The position numbers and the translations under genes are program-made. The notes under the pieces were generated by a model that saw nothing but the letters and a program-made list of their open reading frames with translations, was not told the origin of the DNA and searched no databases. From Eutreptiella sp. 'Long Island Sound 2002' (taxonomy: Eukaryota; Protista; Euglenida), in NCBI GenBank assembly GCA_964036045.1, contig OZ038379.1:2666001-2730000 (forward strand): a stretch of 64,000 bases of DNA, in the 5' to 3' direction. The number at the start of each line of letters is the position of its first letter. Position 1 is the first letter of the stretch. Of this stretch, positions 1 to 11,357 are shown piece by piece.

Positions 1-451
1 AGCAGCAGCAGTAGCAGGAGCGGCACGCAGAAAGCCTCAGAGCTTTTCGACGGTACCCCTACCCCTACCCAGGTCCCAAACAGAGATACCATTGCCAGCA
101 GGAAGAACCATCTGCTGCGATTTAAACATCAACGGAACCTGCCAACTCCAAAAGACAGCGCGATGCAGCCTGCCACTCCAGCCAAGACCCCATCACCATC
201 GGCTGTCCCAGTGAATCCCCAACGCAGTCGTCCAGTCCAATAAGCGCCTCAACTTTTCTTCCCCCTCCAGCAGCACCCACAACCCCTGCAGCAGCACTCA
301 GGATTCTTGGTGTTCTTAGTGCATAAGGCTGCCAAAGCAGCAGCCAAGAAGGATTGGGGGGTTGCATCAGTTTGGGTGCTTGGATAGCCCCCCCCCCCTT
401 TTCTGAGAAATGCAAGCTGGCGGGGGTGATGTAGAGAAATGAACCAACAAA

Positions 452-830
452 ATGCGTGCGGGAATCCTTCGGGAAGGTTGGATATTGGGCATTCGGAGCC
501 GAGGGTCACACATTGATTCAAGTCATGCACAACCCCATTCAACGGCTTTCCCACCATCGTACACATCATGTGGCATGCGCTCTTTCGTATGCGCAGAGTT
601 TCGTTATGCCACCGACTGCGATGCGCTGTGGGTCGCAGCGACGGAGAACGGCCACGTCGACAAAGAGGGTTTCCGAACAGCTTGGCAGGAGTGGACATCC
701 AAGACGCCTGAATAGGGCACTCTGTGTGAGAACGTCTCGGCAGGAGTACGGTGGTTGGCGCCAGAACCATCCTGGGCAAGTTCATTTTACTGGGGTTGAT
801 TTTGCACACAGGCGGGGGGGGGGTTACGTG
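452..830 (+). mobile_element. Degenerate ISL2EU/PIF-Harbinger-like transposase remnant
   Basis: Pieces in three frames read FPTIVHIMWHALF, DKEGFRTAWQEW and QVHFTGVDF, in the order of the HLLWAL.FLK / D.KTFR.W / DG.DF motifs of this family. Frameshifted and short; boundaries approximate. Confidence 0.3.
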
Positions 831-2629
831 TCGGACCGGACCCCAACCCCCTCCCCTCAGGACCCCCCTACTCGCACCAACGGTGAACCATGAGAAACAA
901 CTAACTTGAGGCCGCGGGGCCCAGAAAATGTTTTTGGTTTCTGTGGACTGGGACGCAGAGCATTTTGAATGTACACAAATCGGGGTGTAACATCTCATTT
1001 TACCATTCCCCACAAATGGGGGAGGGGAATTTCCGAATGAAACAGGGAATTCGAAAATGCCTCCAAAACCAGAAAAAAATTTGACTTCCTTCCCTGCCCA
1101 CACCGTGGCTGGAACTGAACTGGACAGCGCCCCATGGGGCCGCAGGTTTCAGATTTTTTTCGTTTGCTTTCACATGGTGTGTCCTTTGCCCCCCTTTGTA
1201 GCCCTGATCACTAGTCAAGTTTTTTTTCTAGCTACCTCTTCGCCCAGGGTTTGACTCCGGTTGGCATGTTGCAACGACAGTTGAGACGAACTGGGTGTAA
1301 TTGTCACCAGTCGGCAATCACTTGGCATGATTGGTCGAGGGCAGTTGCTGGCCAGTCACTGCTTTCTTGAGGCTGTGGTGTAGCCGGAGTCTGCCCAGTA
1401 CTTCACTTTCCACTCAAGACCACTATGTGATGATCCCCACCCTGAACCCACGTTTCCACGTGTCACCAATTTGGGAACACCCAAAACACAGGGCAGATGG
1501 ACATTGGGGGGGTTGGTTTGGTGCATGCTATGCACAGGGCAGGGAAGGGTTGGAGCCACGCAGTGGCGAGGGTAGTGCATGACAGACAATCGGCGGGCAT
1601 AGAGAGCAATCGATTGTGGTTGCAGCTCTGCAACCAGGTGGATTTGAGGTCATTTTGTGGCCTGAGGGGAAGGGAACCCTGACCCATATTTTGACCCACA
1701 CGCTGACCTTCATTTTGACCCATAAAATCATCAGCTCCTGACCTGCACACTGTGCCATACCAATGCCCATACCCAGATCCACCCTGACCCATATCTGACT
1801 CGCAATTCTGACCATAATCCGCAGTTGAACATGTGTTTCATGTCGATCAGAAATCCTCAGTAGTCCATTATAATATGCCCCGAGATCTTAATGATGATCC
1901 CTGAGGCTGAGGCTGAGAAAGGCTGGAGCTGGTGTAAGTGGTCAATTTCTCTGCCATTTTCTCAACAGTTGTAGCTTGCTTTTTCTTCTTGATTGAAGTT
2001 TTACTATCGCATTTGAGCACAGTGAGCTGCTTTTTTCTGGCTTACAAAGCCTCGTTGTCTTCAGGCAGCACGCCCTGCACGTTTCTGTCTTGGTTGCATT
2101 CCTCCCATCAGCCGTGCAGCATTCTTTGAACAGAGGATCCCGTAAGGTGGTCCATGAGTTCTTTGTTCAGAGCTGCGTTAGACAAAGGGATTTTGACGCC
2201 TGTGAATGGTTCCTTGGTAGGCTTTGGCCCTGCCCTCTACACCTGGCATAAAGTGATTGGTAAGCACCCCGAAGGAACACAGGTGAACCTGCTTGTGTTT
2301 GTTTTTGGACCTGTTGAGCATGGATGCAAATACACGTCAATGGTAATCGCGTTTGTGACATCTTGTGACGTCCCATGACATTGCTCGTGTTTTCTGTTCT
2401 GTTTGTTTACAGCTAGGCAGTGCTGCATAGCAAAGTTTTGCGTTCATTTTTGAATAGCAGCATCCAGCATCCACCAGTACCTGTGGGCTTGCACTCAGGA
2501 TGCTGGTGAAATGCTGGTGGATTTGGAATGCCATCACAGCTATCAGATCCCGCAAAATGTGACTATGGTTAGTGAAGTATATGTTTTTGAATTTCTATCA
2601 AAGAAACAATCCGACATCTACACCACAAA

Positions 2630-2815
2630 GCGCTTCCAATTTCCAATTTTCTGGTTTCCACTGGAAGCAGGTTCTGAGATTGCGTCCCCACCTGTACCTA
2701 TACCCCCTGGTTTTCTAATTGTGTGCCCCATGATCCCATATCAAATTGGACAACAAGGCAGTGGTGGATCAAACACCACAAGACCCTGGCCCCAACGGGA
2801 ATGCTAATCCTGCGG
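2630..2815 (+). mobile_element. Penelope-like element, GIY-YIG C-terminal remnant
   Basis: One frame reads LPISNFLVSTGSRF*D...NWTTRQWWIKHHKTLAPTGM, resembling the LPVA.HF...H / RE..WI..L.TL.P.GLN end of PLE endonucleases. One in-frame stop. Confidence 0.3.
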
Positions 2816-4039
2816 CGTGTAGTTTAGGTAATTATCCCAGAATATGGGCGGAATAGTGGTGCATACATACAAGTGCAACGTCAAGTGACAGCGACTAGTC
2901 CATATCTGACTCCGACTCTGACTCTCAACAACCCTGAACCCCAACCTCAACCCAAGAAGTATCGCCGTGTGGTGGTGGATGTGGATGCCATGTCAAGCGA
3001 TGGCTGTCCTGTGCAGATGCTCAGCGAAGGAGAGTACAGCATTCACAGTTCAAGCTGAAATGAACAGGCAAGCCACTGAGCATTCACATTTCAAGCGTAA
3101 GTGAACGGTCATGCTTGTCTTTTTGTGTGTTTCTTTGCTGAGGTGTGGGATTTGGGAACCAAGAACGGTGTAGTTCATCGTACAAAAAACCGATGGAAAA
3201 ACGCCTGGAAGTTTTTGAAATCCCTCGGAAAGATGCTCGGAAGTTTTGGCAGCTAGATCGGGTCCCAAAACGCAACCGATATCGGTAGGAATGTTCCATG
3301 GGCTTCCCAGCCGACCGTGCCGGGGGAGCTCGGAAGAAATTTTGGCTGGGACTTCCGAGATCAACCCTGCAATATGAGTCCCATTTGCTGAGCATGAATG
3401 CTGAGCATCCCCAAATATCCTGAGCAATATGCTCAGCATTTTCCTACCATTTTTTACCTTCTATGCTGTGCGTCCCAGCACCATGTGAAACAAGGAAATA
3501 TTAGGCTGTCCAACGTTGTGGGGGTGTAGTATGGTTCGTATAGGCAAGAACATTGCCAATTGTAGCAAAACCCCCCAATTTCTTCCTGTCATGTGCGTTG
3601 TGCCCGCGTTGTGCCCGCGCTGTGCCCGCGCCGTGCACACACGCCCCCAATGTGCACGCAGAGCAACAACTTGGCTGAAGCCCCTTGCTTAGCAACACAG
3701 CACCTTAGGGAGCAACAACCCAGAAAAAAAACGGGGACAGGCAATTACCAGAACAAAAAAAATTGCATGGATCGTGCACAGCCCCAACAGTGGTGGTGAG
3801 TTGGTGGAGGAGGGAGATTGTCCTACCACTAATGAGGACAGTGAAATGGACAGTGATAGTGAAGTGGTTTGGGCAAAGTTTGCTCTTCCATTCCTGTTGC
3901 TTATGGGTAGCATGTGCAGCAGGTCAAGACTATGTGGGATCGCAAGAGGACGTTTTACACTGTCCATGTTGAGCAGTAGGGGTACGTAGATCACTGATGA
4001 ATGGATGCAGTGGATTGTGATTTTTTTTTTGCATCATGT

Positions 4040-4607
4040 GCGTGACAGCATGTTAGCGTGTATCCCATTCCTTTGAGCAACCCCTCCCAACTCCCGATCT
4101 CAAAGCAAGGGCTGAGGCACTTCTGAACCTCATCCCCAAGGGCAGGGGAATAGTCCAAGTCGCAGACTGCCGCCCCCTGTTGCCGCAAAACACAGCACAC
4201 AAGTGGATGGCAGCATTTGTCGCCCTACAGATCCAAGACCTTGTCTCTGCACTCACTCCTTCAGAACAGAAAGGTTTCATTAAAGGGCGGTCAATTTTCG
4301 ACCATCTCTGGCATTGTTTTGGTGATTGGCAGACTGTCACCGAAGGCATTTTCTGCCCCGTTGATTTTTGAAAAGCTTTTGACTCCATCACACATACATA
4401 TGCCAGGTCCTTTGCCTTCCAAATGACATGATAGACCCCATACTTAATCTTTTGCCGGCACCCATTGTGCTGTTGATCCAGGGACAGGTGTGTAAGGACA
4501 AATACTTCTACCCCCGGTCGGGCGTCCGGCAAGGGTGCCCACCGTCCCCCACACTTTTTGCAATTATGATTTCACCTCTGGCTTTCAAGCTACATGAGGC
4601 CTCTCCG
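4040..4607 (+). mobile_element. L1/Tx1-like LINE, reverse transcriptase domains 0-4 (segment A), disrupted
   Basis: Reads LIPKGRG...DCRPL..QN..HKW...QKGFIKGRSIFDHL, VDFEKAFDS and SGVRQGCPPSPTLFAIMISPL. Frameshifts and stops present. Confidence 0.88.
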
Positions 4608-5342
4608 TGGGACAACTTTTAGAAGATGACTCCTCTTTTCAGCTCATAGCCCCCACGTGGAGGGGTGTCTACCAAACCGCACTAGGTGGAAACACGGACC
4701 CCCCGCTACCAATGCACAGTCAGCAACCACCTGGTGTGGTACAGAACTGGTCTACGCTGCAGTGCAGCAAGCATGACATTGAACAATGTGGTTATGACCA
4801 TGCGCCTGTGACACGGGGGCGTATGCGAACCCAGTTTCCGTTGCCTCATGGCCCCCCGCTACCCCGAACAGGCAGCACAGTCTAGGCAGAAGGGTGTGGC
4901 ACCGCCGGGCACCAAGCCATGGCCCCCCCTGTCATTCTGGTGTAATTGGACGCACCACCAAATGTTCGAGTTTCTGTCTACATCCAGCCCCCCCGAATCA
5001 AGGCAAACACTGGACGTCTGGGCGACACTGGCCCGGGCGGGCCTGCCCGCACACCTGCAAGATTTGGTACACACGGCTCTTAGGAAAAAGCTCCAGACAG
5101 GGGAACGTCAACGAGCTTGGAAACCTTTTGCCCCATTGATCACTCCTTGGAAACAATCGCACACTGCATGCACGAATGCACTCTTGTCAAACATGCCTTC
5201 AAGATCATCCAAAAATGCTTCAAGGTGGACATTTCACATATTTTCCTTATGGACACGACATCCACACTCACCACACCTGCTGGTGTTTTGGCCTGGTCCG
5301 CAGTCCACACAAACTGGATCATACAATGTGCCATCAAAAAAC
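4608..5342 (+). mobile_element. Same LINE, post-RT region with CCHC zinc knuckle (segment C)
   Basis: Reads VGQLLEDD..LIAPTWRGVY, ALRKKLQTGERQRAW, CPIDHSLETIAHCMHEC and GVLAWSAVHTNWIIQCAIKK. Ends at the AAAAC junction with the YR element. Confidence 0.78.
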
Positions 5343-5422
5343 GACTGTTAGCTTTGCTAACTGGGGTTTTATATGCCTCCTTTATTTGTTCCAGATTGTT
5401 TTTGAAATTTTGCCTGGGGAAG
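5338..5422 (+). repeat. Split direct repeat A1 (85 bp)
   Basis: Matches 11123-11207 with one mismatch (cctcc/cctgc). Confidence 0.95.
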
Positions 5423-5582
5423 ATGGCGGAATGCATGGAGTTCCAGGACTACCTCCAGGCCAGAGTGCACGACTTTGTGCGAGAGGGGACCCAGCGGCGT
5501 CCCGGGCTAAGGCAAAAATGAGGTTAACCAAGTCCCTTCGCCATCTGGGGGACTCGCGTTCGCAATGGCTCCACACTTTTGC

Positions 5583-6481
5583 CAGTGAGCACCCCGGCTC
5601 GTATGAGCTGGGGGCAGAAGTAGGTTTGTGCATGATGGTTGCGGAAGCAGTTGTTGTGCCATAATGGAGTATCATAACTGAGCATGATGTCATGATATGC
5701 CAATATTGGCTGTCTAACCAGAGAGAAGGCCCTAGCGCTCCACGCGAGGTACGGCATGGTTTGGCAGACTACATTACTGCCCATTTGGAAAAAGGGTAGG
5801 TCTGCCATTCGTAGCGATATCCCATGAAGGAGTGCAAAACGTTTAAAACTGGTAGTGAACGATGCAGGGAGTAGTAGCGGGTCCTTGACATATTGCAGAA
5901 AAACAGTGGAGTGTTGCCAATACAGGAAAGTTTTTGGCTGCGGGAGCGAGTAACCCCCTTCATTTCTGGGGAGGGCAAGGATGTCGTGGGTGAGATCCCA
6001 TGACGTGAGGCGCAGTGCCACGTTATACACTATCTTGAGTGTGCTTATGACACTGTCTGTGGGAAAGACCACCTTGGCTGGGAAGACCAACAGTGGTAGT
6101 ATCCACAGTTTGAGGAGCATGACTCGCTCAGGAAAAGAGAGAGCCCAAGACTGCATGGCGAAGGCACGCCCCAGGGCGTTCTGCAACACGGGCTCGTACG
6201 ATGTATCCTCATTGACATGGCCGAAAAAGACCCCCAGATATGTATATCTGTCAACAATTGGTAGCTTTGTGGGGATTAGCTGGGAAACTTGCACATCTGT
6301 CCACACCCCGTTAAGCAAAAGTGCCGACTTGGAATGATTGATGTGAAGACCTGAATGGTCAGTGAACAGTTGTAACACCTGCATAGCCAGCAGGACAACA
6401 ACCACTGCCTCGGCAGGAGGACACTTAATGATGATCAGGAGATCATCAACGTACAACAGCGTACAACAGTACCGTGATAAG
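5583..6481 (-). mobile_element. Translocated, inverted LINE RT segment B (domain 5 YVDD through thumb and linker)
   Basis: Reads LITVLLY..YVDDLLII...SGLHINHSKS...YTYLGV...LKLWILPLL...EGGYSLP...RAGVLT. A 10-bp tandem duplication (gtacaacagc) lies just before YVDD. Confidence 0.88.
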
Positions 6482-7023
6482 CGGAGCAGAGCGGAGCGGA
6501 GCAGAAGAAGCGCTCATTGAGAACCTCATCGGGTGCACGCTGACAGAGCAGGTCCAAATAAACATGACTACAGGAGCTTTTGAGAAAATCCGTGTGCAGT
6601 CGGAAGGTGGGAATAAAGCCTCAGACCCTGCCTCAATAAGCCTGTTGGAAGGGCAGGCTGCCCTCATCAAGTCCCTCACTGAAAAGGTCAACAGCCTCTC
6701 AGAAGCACCGGCCCGATCGGAGAAAACCGTGCCGCCTCTATGCCTCAAGGAATTACATGACGTGGCCCTGGTATGGAACCACCCTCAATGGGTAACCAGG
6801 GTCCTGTACTACCTCAAGTGCGCGATCCTCGAAGAGGCCCTGCCGCTGGACGCCATGAGAATGACCCCCAAGTGGGATGATGAGGCGCAGAAGCCGCTTC
6901 TTTTCAGCCTCTCGGACGATCAGAAGAAGGATACAATGGTATGGACTGAGGTGGTGGGGACTAGAGGTTCAGCAGGGGATGCCCCCATGGATGGAAGCTC
7001 AGACCCCCCCCCCCCCCCCGGTG

Positions 7024-7130
7024 CTACGCTGCAGTGCAGCAAGCATGACATTGAACAATGTGGTTATGACCATGCGCCTGTGACACGGGGGCGTATGCGA
7101 ACCCAGTTTCCGTTGCCTCATGGCCCCCCG
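7024..7130 (+). repeat. 107-bp exact copy of 4752-4858 inserted in gag
   Basis: Identical by eye over 107 bp. Flanked by the 12-bp direct repeat ccccccggtgct (7014-7025, 7124-7135). Confidence 0.92.
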
Positions 7131-7449
7131 GTGCTGTCCCTTAATAGCTCTGCGGTCCTGATGGTGGAATCTTTCTGGCTTCTGCTCTGGTCCTCCGTCC
7201 ACTGCTACAAGGAACGATACGAGTCGGATTCCACCTCCTCCAAGCAGGCATCGGCGGACCCAGACTTCACCTCAGGCCTGAGTGCGGCAGGGGCGCGGCT
7301 GGTCATGCGACGTCGTTTCAAAATGGTGGATGGAGTGGAGTATTTCGAGGTCCAAAAGGAGAGTGGGTACGGTCGGACTCCACCCCAGTGGGGCCCTGTA
7401 AAACCTGCAAAGGGCACGGGTCCATCGAGAGGCAGTGGGTGTGGAATTG

Positions 7450-9018
7450 CCCCAGATTGGAGTGACGGGATTTGGCGGCCCAGCCGGTGGACATCAATGC
7501 TACAACGGCTGGACCGCTTCAGGAAGGGGGTTTCTGAGCTCGCGCCAACCCATGTGGCTTCCTAGGACGTCATCGACTGGGCGGCGGTGGTGGATGCATG
7601 GCAAATCTTGGGTGAGACCGACCCCACAGAGTGCCCGGCAGCCTGCCTGGTTTCAACGTGGATGCCGTTGACGAGGAGAACTTATACCACCCACCTACGC
7701 CGATTTGCCCATTTCGGGGGCGCTATCCAGCCAGGCGACATGCAGGCGTTGGCGGAAAAGGTCCTCCTCTCCATGTTTGACCAGGGCCAGAAAGCAGCGG
7801 CAGCCAGAGGATGTATATCCGGCCTCAAGGCGGTGGCCACCTTGGGGAGACAAATTATGGAGACTTTCAAAGGCGGCGGTGGATTCCCCGGGGCAGCGAC
7901 AGTTCGGGGGGCCGAACCTCCTCTAGCTTATTGCTGAGTCGTGCACCAGGGTGGGGGAGTGGAAGATATACGCAGCGGCGGTCCTGTCCTTTGCCACGCT
8001 ATGCAGAGTGGGGGAAATCTCGCCACTTCGACGGTCGAACATCTCCAAGGTGGGGATTACGTACCAAGGCATCAAGCGAGACCACCGCCAGATCACACGA
8101 CGACTAGGACCGTACGCGCAGGCTTGGGCTTCATGGCTCCGCCGGATCGCACCGGGTGAGGCACGAGCGTTGGGACGTGCAGCAGACCTCGAAATGGGTA
8201 TGGCCAAGCTCCAAGGAACTGCCAGAGGTGATGCAAGATGGCAGTCCTGGAGACGGGCAGGCGCTACATACCTCCGTTGGTTGGGACTGCCGTGGAGACA
8301 CCTCCTGTGGTGGGGCAGATGGCATAGCATCAAAATTGCACACCTGTACGTGTCTCCCCCTGATGAATTTGAATGTGTGCAGATTACGCGACTGCCTTGG
8401 CCAGCCAACGAGGGAATCCGATGGCGCAAAACTGATATCCGGGATTTGTGGCTGCCCAGCCTAACGGAACTCTTTGAAAACGACGAGGCACTCCGAAAAT
8501 CACCAGCCGACGACAAGCGGGCGCGATCCAAGCACAGCGACGGAGGGGCAGAGAAGGACAAGACCCCGGGAGAAACGGCGGTCGGTTCCAGCCGCCTGGA
8601 GGGAGGAGGATCGAAATCCCGGCGCAAGGATACCCCGGATGCCACAGGGGCGAGGGCACCAGAGGACATCCAGCCGCCCGGGGGCACGAGGTCCCCGGAC
8701 CTAATGCCGGCACGGGGTATGGCATCCAGCGCCTCACAAGAAGCCCCAAGCGCCTCCAAAGGAGCCCCCATCGAAGTTGATGAACAACAGGACGCGGAGA
8801 TGGGTCCCCCGGCACGTCGCGAAGCCAGTGCGGGAGCGAGACCTACCGGGCCAGGGGGAGCGAGACCTACCGGGCCAGGTCTGGCAGGAGGACGCTTCCA
8901 AGGACGACCACGGGGTTTCACGACGTGGAGAACGAGGCCCCGAACCACCTCGGGACTCGGAGCCAAGCACCTGGCAGCGCTGGCTCGGCGTGTGGCCGGC
9001 GGCGCCGGTAAACGATGA
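7450..9018 (+). pseudogene. Tyrosine recombinase of the YR retroelement, with a low-complexity C-terminal tail
   Basis: N-terminal TRRTYTTHLRRF binding-domain motif. Catalytic motifs: LCRVGEI (R 8005-8007), GIKRD, WQSWRRAGAT (HxxR site reads QxxR, 8242-8253), GRWHSIKIAHLY (Y 8347-8349). Stops at 7563 and 7924 plus a frameshift near 7845. Confidence 0.88.
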
Positions 9019-9526
9019 TTGCCCTCGGGAAAGGGCCGTGGAAGGCCTGATCCAGTCGGAGCGAGGTCAGCGGTGGCTGGACGATATTTCTCAAGGCCTG
9101 AGACTGAGTGGTAACCTGAGGGATCTGCTACACCGACAAATCCGTTTTTTGTTCATCCAAGGGGGGAGGGTAGCAAGGGACCTGGGTATGGTGGATGTAG
9201 ATGACCAATTAAGTGCAGCTTTGGACTCCCTGGGAGGAGATGTATGGTCCTGTGTGCTCGGGACTCCACCTCCCCGATTACCCTCCTCCTAAGCCTCGAC
9301 CCGTCTGTGTTGGATACGGGGCTGGGGCCGGTGGGCAATATCCCCATCCCGGAATTCTTGTGGGATTTCCTTGCCCCACTTGACTTTCAAGAGGTGACCG
9401 CTCGTGATTTGGGGGAGATGCCAGAGATCTCCCCAGAGGGTCTCATTATGGCGCGTGCTTTGGTGAGGGACGGGGTCCTCGGGCAATGTGCTGAGGGGGG
9501 GGGGGTCCCCTGGGGCCCAATGGCTA

Positions 9527-10487
9527 CCCGTTCCCCATCCCCAACAATGCCGTGAAGGCTTCCATGATTGTGCATTTGGTGCGCCTGAATAAGTGCCACC
9601 GTTTTGAGCCGCCACGTTTTAGTTTGCCCTCGGTGGAAGATCTTGCTTTCCTTATATAAGCCCACAGTATGGGCCTCCCAAATCTTTCGCTGGGGACACC
9701 CTGCTTGGGCCACCTGAACGACCCCTTCGTGCGTGAACTAGACAGTTTACGTCTTTTGGCGGAACCAGGTGCATCCCTCCTGGCTTGTCACATTGACCTT
9801 ACCAACGCTTTTTGGTCGTTGACTTTGCCAGAGCCTTATAAAAATAGCTTTAGAGTGCGCATCGACGGTAAATCTTACGCTTTTTCGTGCCTTCCTTTTG
9901 GTTGGCGTTTTTCACCGGTCATATGCCAATATGTGCTTGCCTTTGTGACCAGTTTGGTGGATACCAGTGGGGTCATAGTCCTGCACTATTTGGACGATTT
10001 CCTGGTTGTCAGTTACGGAAAAACTAGGGTAAGCTCGGTGTCGCAGCGCCTGTGTGATGCTCTGCGTAGGGCAGGGGCTGTTATCGGCACCAAAAGTGTT
10101 CTGGATCCCGTGCCTGAAATCCAGTGGTTGGGCAAGTGGCTGGTGCTGTGTGGCGATGGGGCGGGGGTCTTCTCTAAGGGGCAGGGGGGGGGGGGGGGGG
10201 CTGCTTTGCTAGGTCTCTGGATCCGTGCTGCGGTCTTACCCCTTACCCACAAACACGCCCGCAGGATCCCTGGTCGATTTATTTGGAGTTTGCGCCCTAC
10301 TGTGGGGTTCGCCCCTTTTTTGAGTGGATGGTGGGCCCACTGTCAGTGGGGGGCGATTTGGCTCCAAAACTGCCCCCTTTCCTTGCTACAAAGCCTCTTG
10401 CACTGCCTCCTTCTTTCATACAGGGCTTGGAAACCGCAGGTACTGCTTCCCCTTAGCATTTGTTGGGGGGGGGGGTCCTGTATGTAG
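9527..10487 (+). pseudogene. DIRS/VIPER-type reverse transcriptase
   Basis: Reads PFPIPNNAVKASMIVHLVRLN, HIDLTNAFWSL, YAFSCLPFGWRFSPVICQ, LHYLDDFLVV (YLDD 9987-9998) and IQWLG. One in-frame stop near 9657. Confidence 0.92.
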
Positions 10488-11015
10488 ACGCCGCCTATGA
10501 TATCGACCGGTTCAGGATTGGGGTCTAGGGCCCGGTTCTGGGCGGACGAGTGTTCCCGTGCTCCCCAGGTGTTTGTACACAACAGGAGGCGGAGCTTGAA
10601 GCCTTCATTCGTGGGGTTAGGCTCTGCATCCGGGTGGGCCGGCCTGTGTGGCGTCTTATATGGGAAATACTCAGCTTTGGAACAAGTGGCCTCCCTGCGG
10701 GCGGGTGCAGGGCTGGGGCGCCAAAACAGGCACCTTTGGAGGTTGTTTTACTTGCTCCGGCGCCTGGAAGGCTCGGTGTACCTAGAATTTGTCCCGGGAG
10801 ACCTAAACCCGGCGGACAGCCTTTCCAGGGTGGACTCAGAGTGGAAGGGGCTGGTGAAGGAGGCTTGTGCAGGGGCGTTGGACCGCCACATGGCTTTGCA
10901 ATCATTCCCAGGGGTCCCCTCCCCGGTCTGGGTCTTGGGTTTCCCGAAAGGGCGTCGAGGGGCAGCCCATAACTTGGATGAAGTGGCCCTGGGGTCAGCT
11001 GAGCCACAGGCGTGA
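10478..11015 (+). pseudogene. RNase H of the YR retroelement
   Basis: Reads LYVDAA, TQQEAELEAF and LEFVPGDLNPADSLSR across frameshifts. Confidence 0.85.
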
Positions 11016-11074
11016 CTTGATGGGAGCGTGGCCCTGGGATTTGTGTTGGTTTTGCCCCCTATATGAACAAAATA

Positions 11075-11127
11075 AGCAGCGAGGAGCCACAATATGCCTG
11101 ATTTGCGTTTTGCTTTGTTCGTAAAAC
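11075..11127 (+). repeat. Split direct repeat B1 (53 bp)
   Basis: Matches 11305-11357 with one mismatch and overlaps A2 by AAAAC. Confidence 0.93.
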
Positions 11128-11207
11128 GACTGTTAGCTTTGCTAACTGGGGTTTTATATGCCTGCTTTATTTGTTCCAGATTGTTTTTGAAATTTTGCCT
11201 GGGGAAG
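11123..11207 (+). repeat. Split direct repeat A2 (85 bp)
   Basis: Matches 5338-5422 with one mismatch. Confidence 0.95.
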
Positions 11208-11304
11208 CCCGCCCACCCACCCGGAATGGTAGGGCGCCCACCCGCCCACCCAATGAACAGCATGTGTTTCTATGGCGTCTGTACACCTTTGTGGATTATG
11301 GTAC

Positions 11305-11357
11305 AGCAGCGAGGAGCCACAATATGCCTAATTTGCGTTTTGCTTTGTTCGTAAAAC
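11305..11357 (+). repeat. Split direct repeat B2 (53 bp), right end of the YR element
   Basis: Matches B1 and ends in gtaaaac, after which LINE coding sequence resumes. Confidence 0.93.

Larger units (their letters stand above)
5423..7465 (+). pseudogene. Gag-like ORF1 of the YR element, interrupted
   Basis: ATG at 5423 directly follows A1. MAPHFC (5565-5582) joins in frame to GAERSGAEEALIENL (6483 onward) once the LINE insert is removed. It ends, after a frameshift, in GPCKTCKGHGSIERQWVWNCPRLE* (degenerate zinc knuckle, TGA 7463-7465). Confidence 0.6.
5338..11357 (+). mobile_element. Full-length, decayed tyrosine-recombinase retrotransposon (VIPER/TATE-like order gag-YR-RT-RNaseH) with split direct repeats
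   Basis: Internal YR, RT and RNase H motifs. Terminal repeats A1 5338-5422, B1 11075-11127, A2 11123-11207, B2 11305-11357. AAAAC is shared by both ends and the B1/A2 junction. Removing the element rejoins the LINE frame (CAIKK+QQATAPPWTAFLTKW). Confidence 0.9.

Noticed and set aside
7923-8966. 347-aa minus-strand ORF over the YR gene
   Set aside because: Antisense to the recombinase in GC-rich sequence; no recognisable motif.
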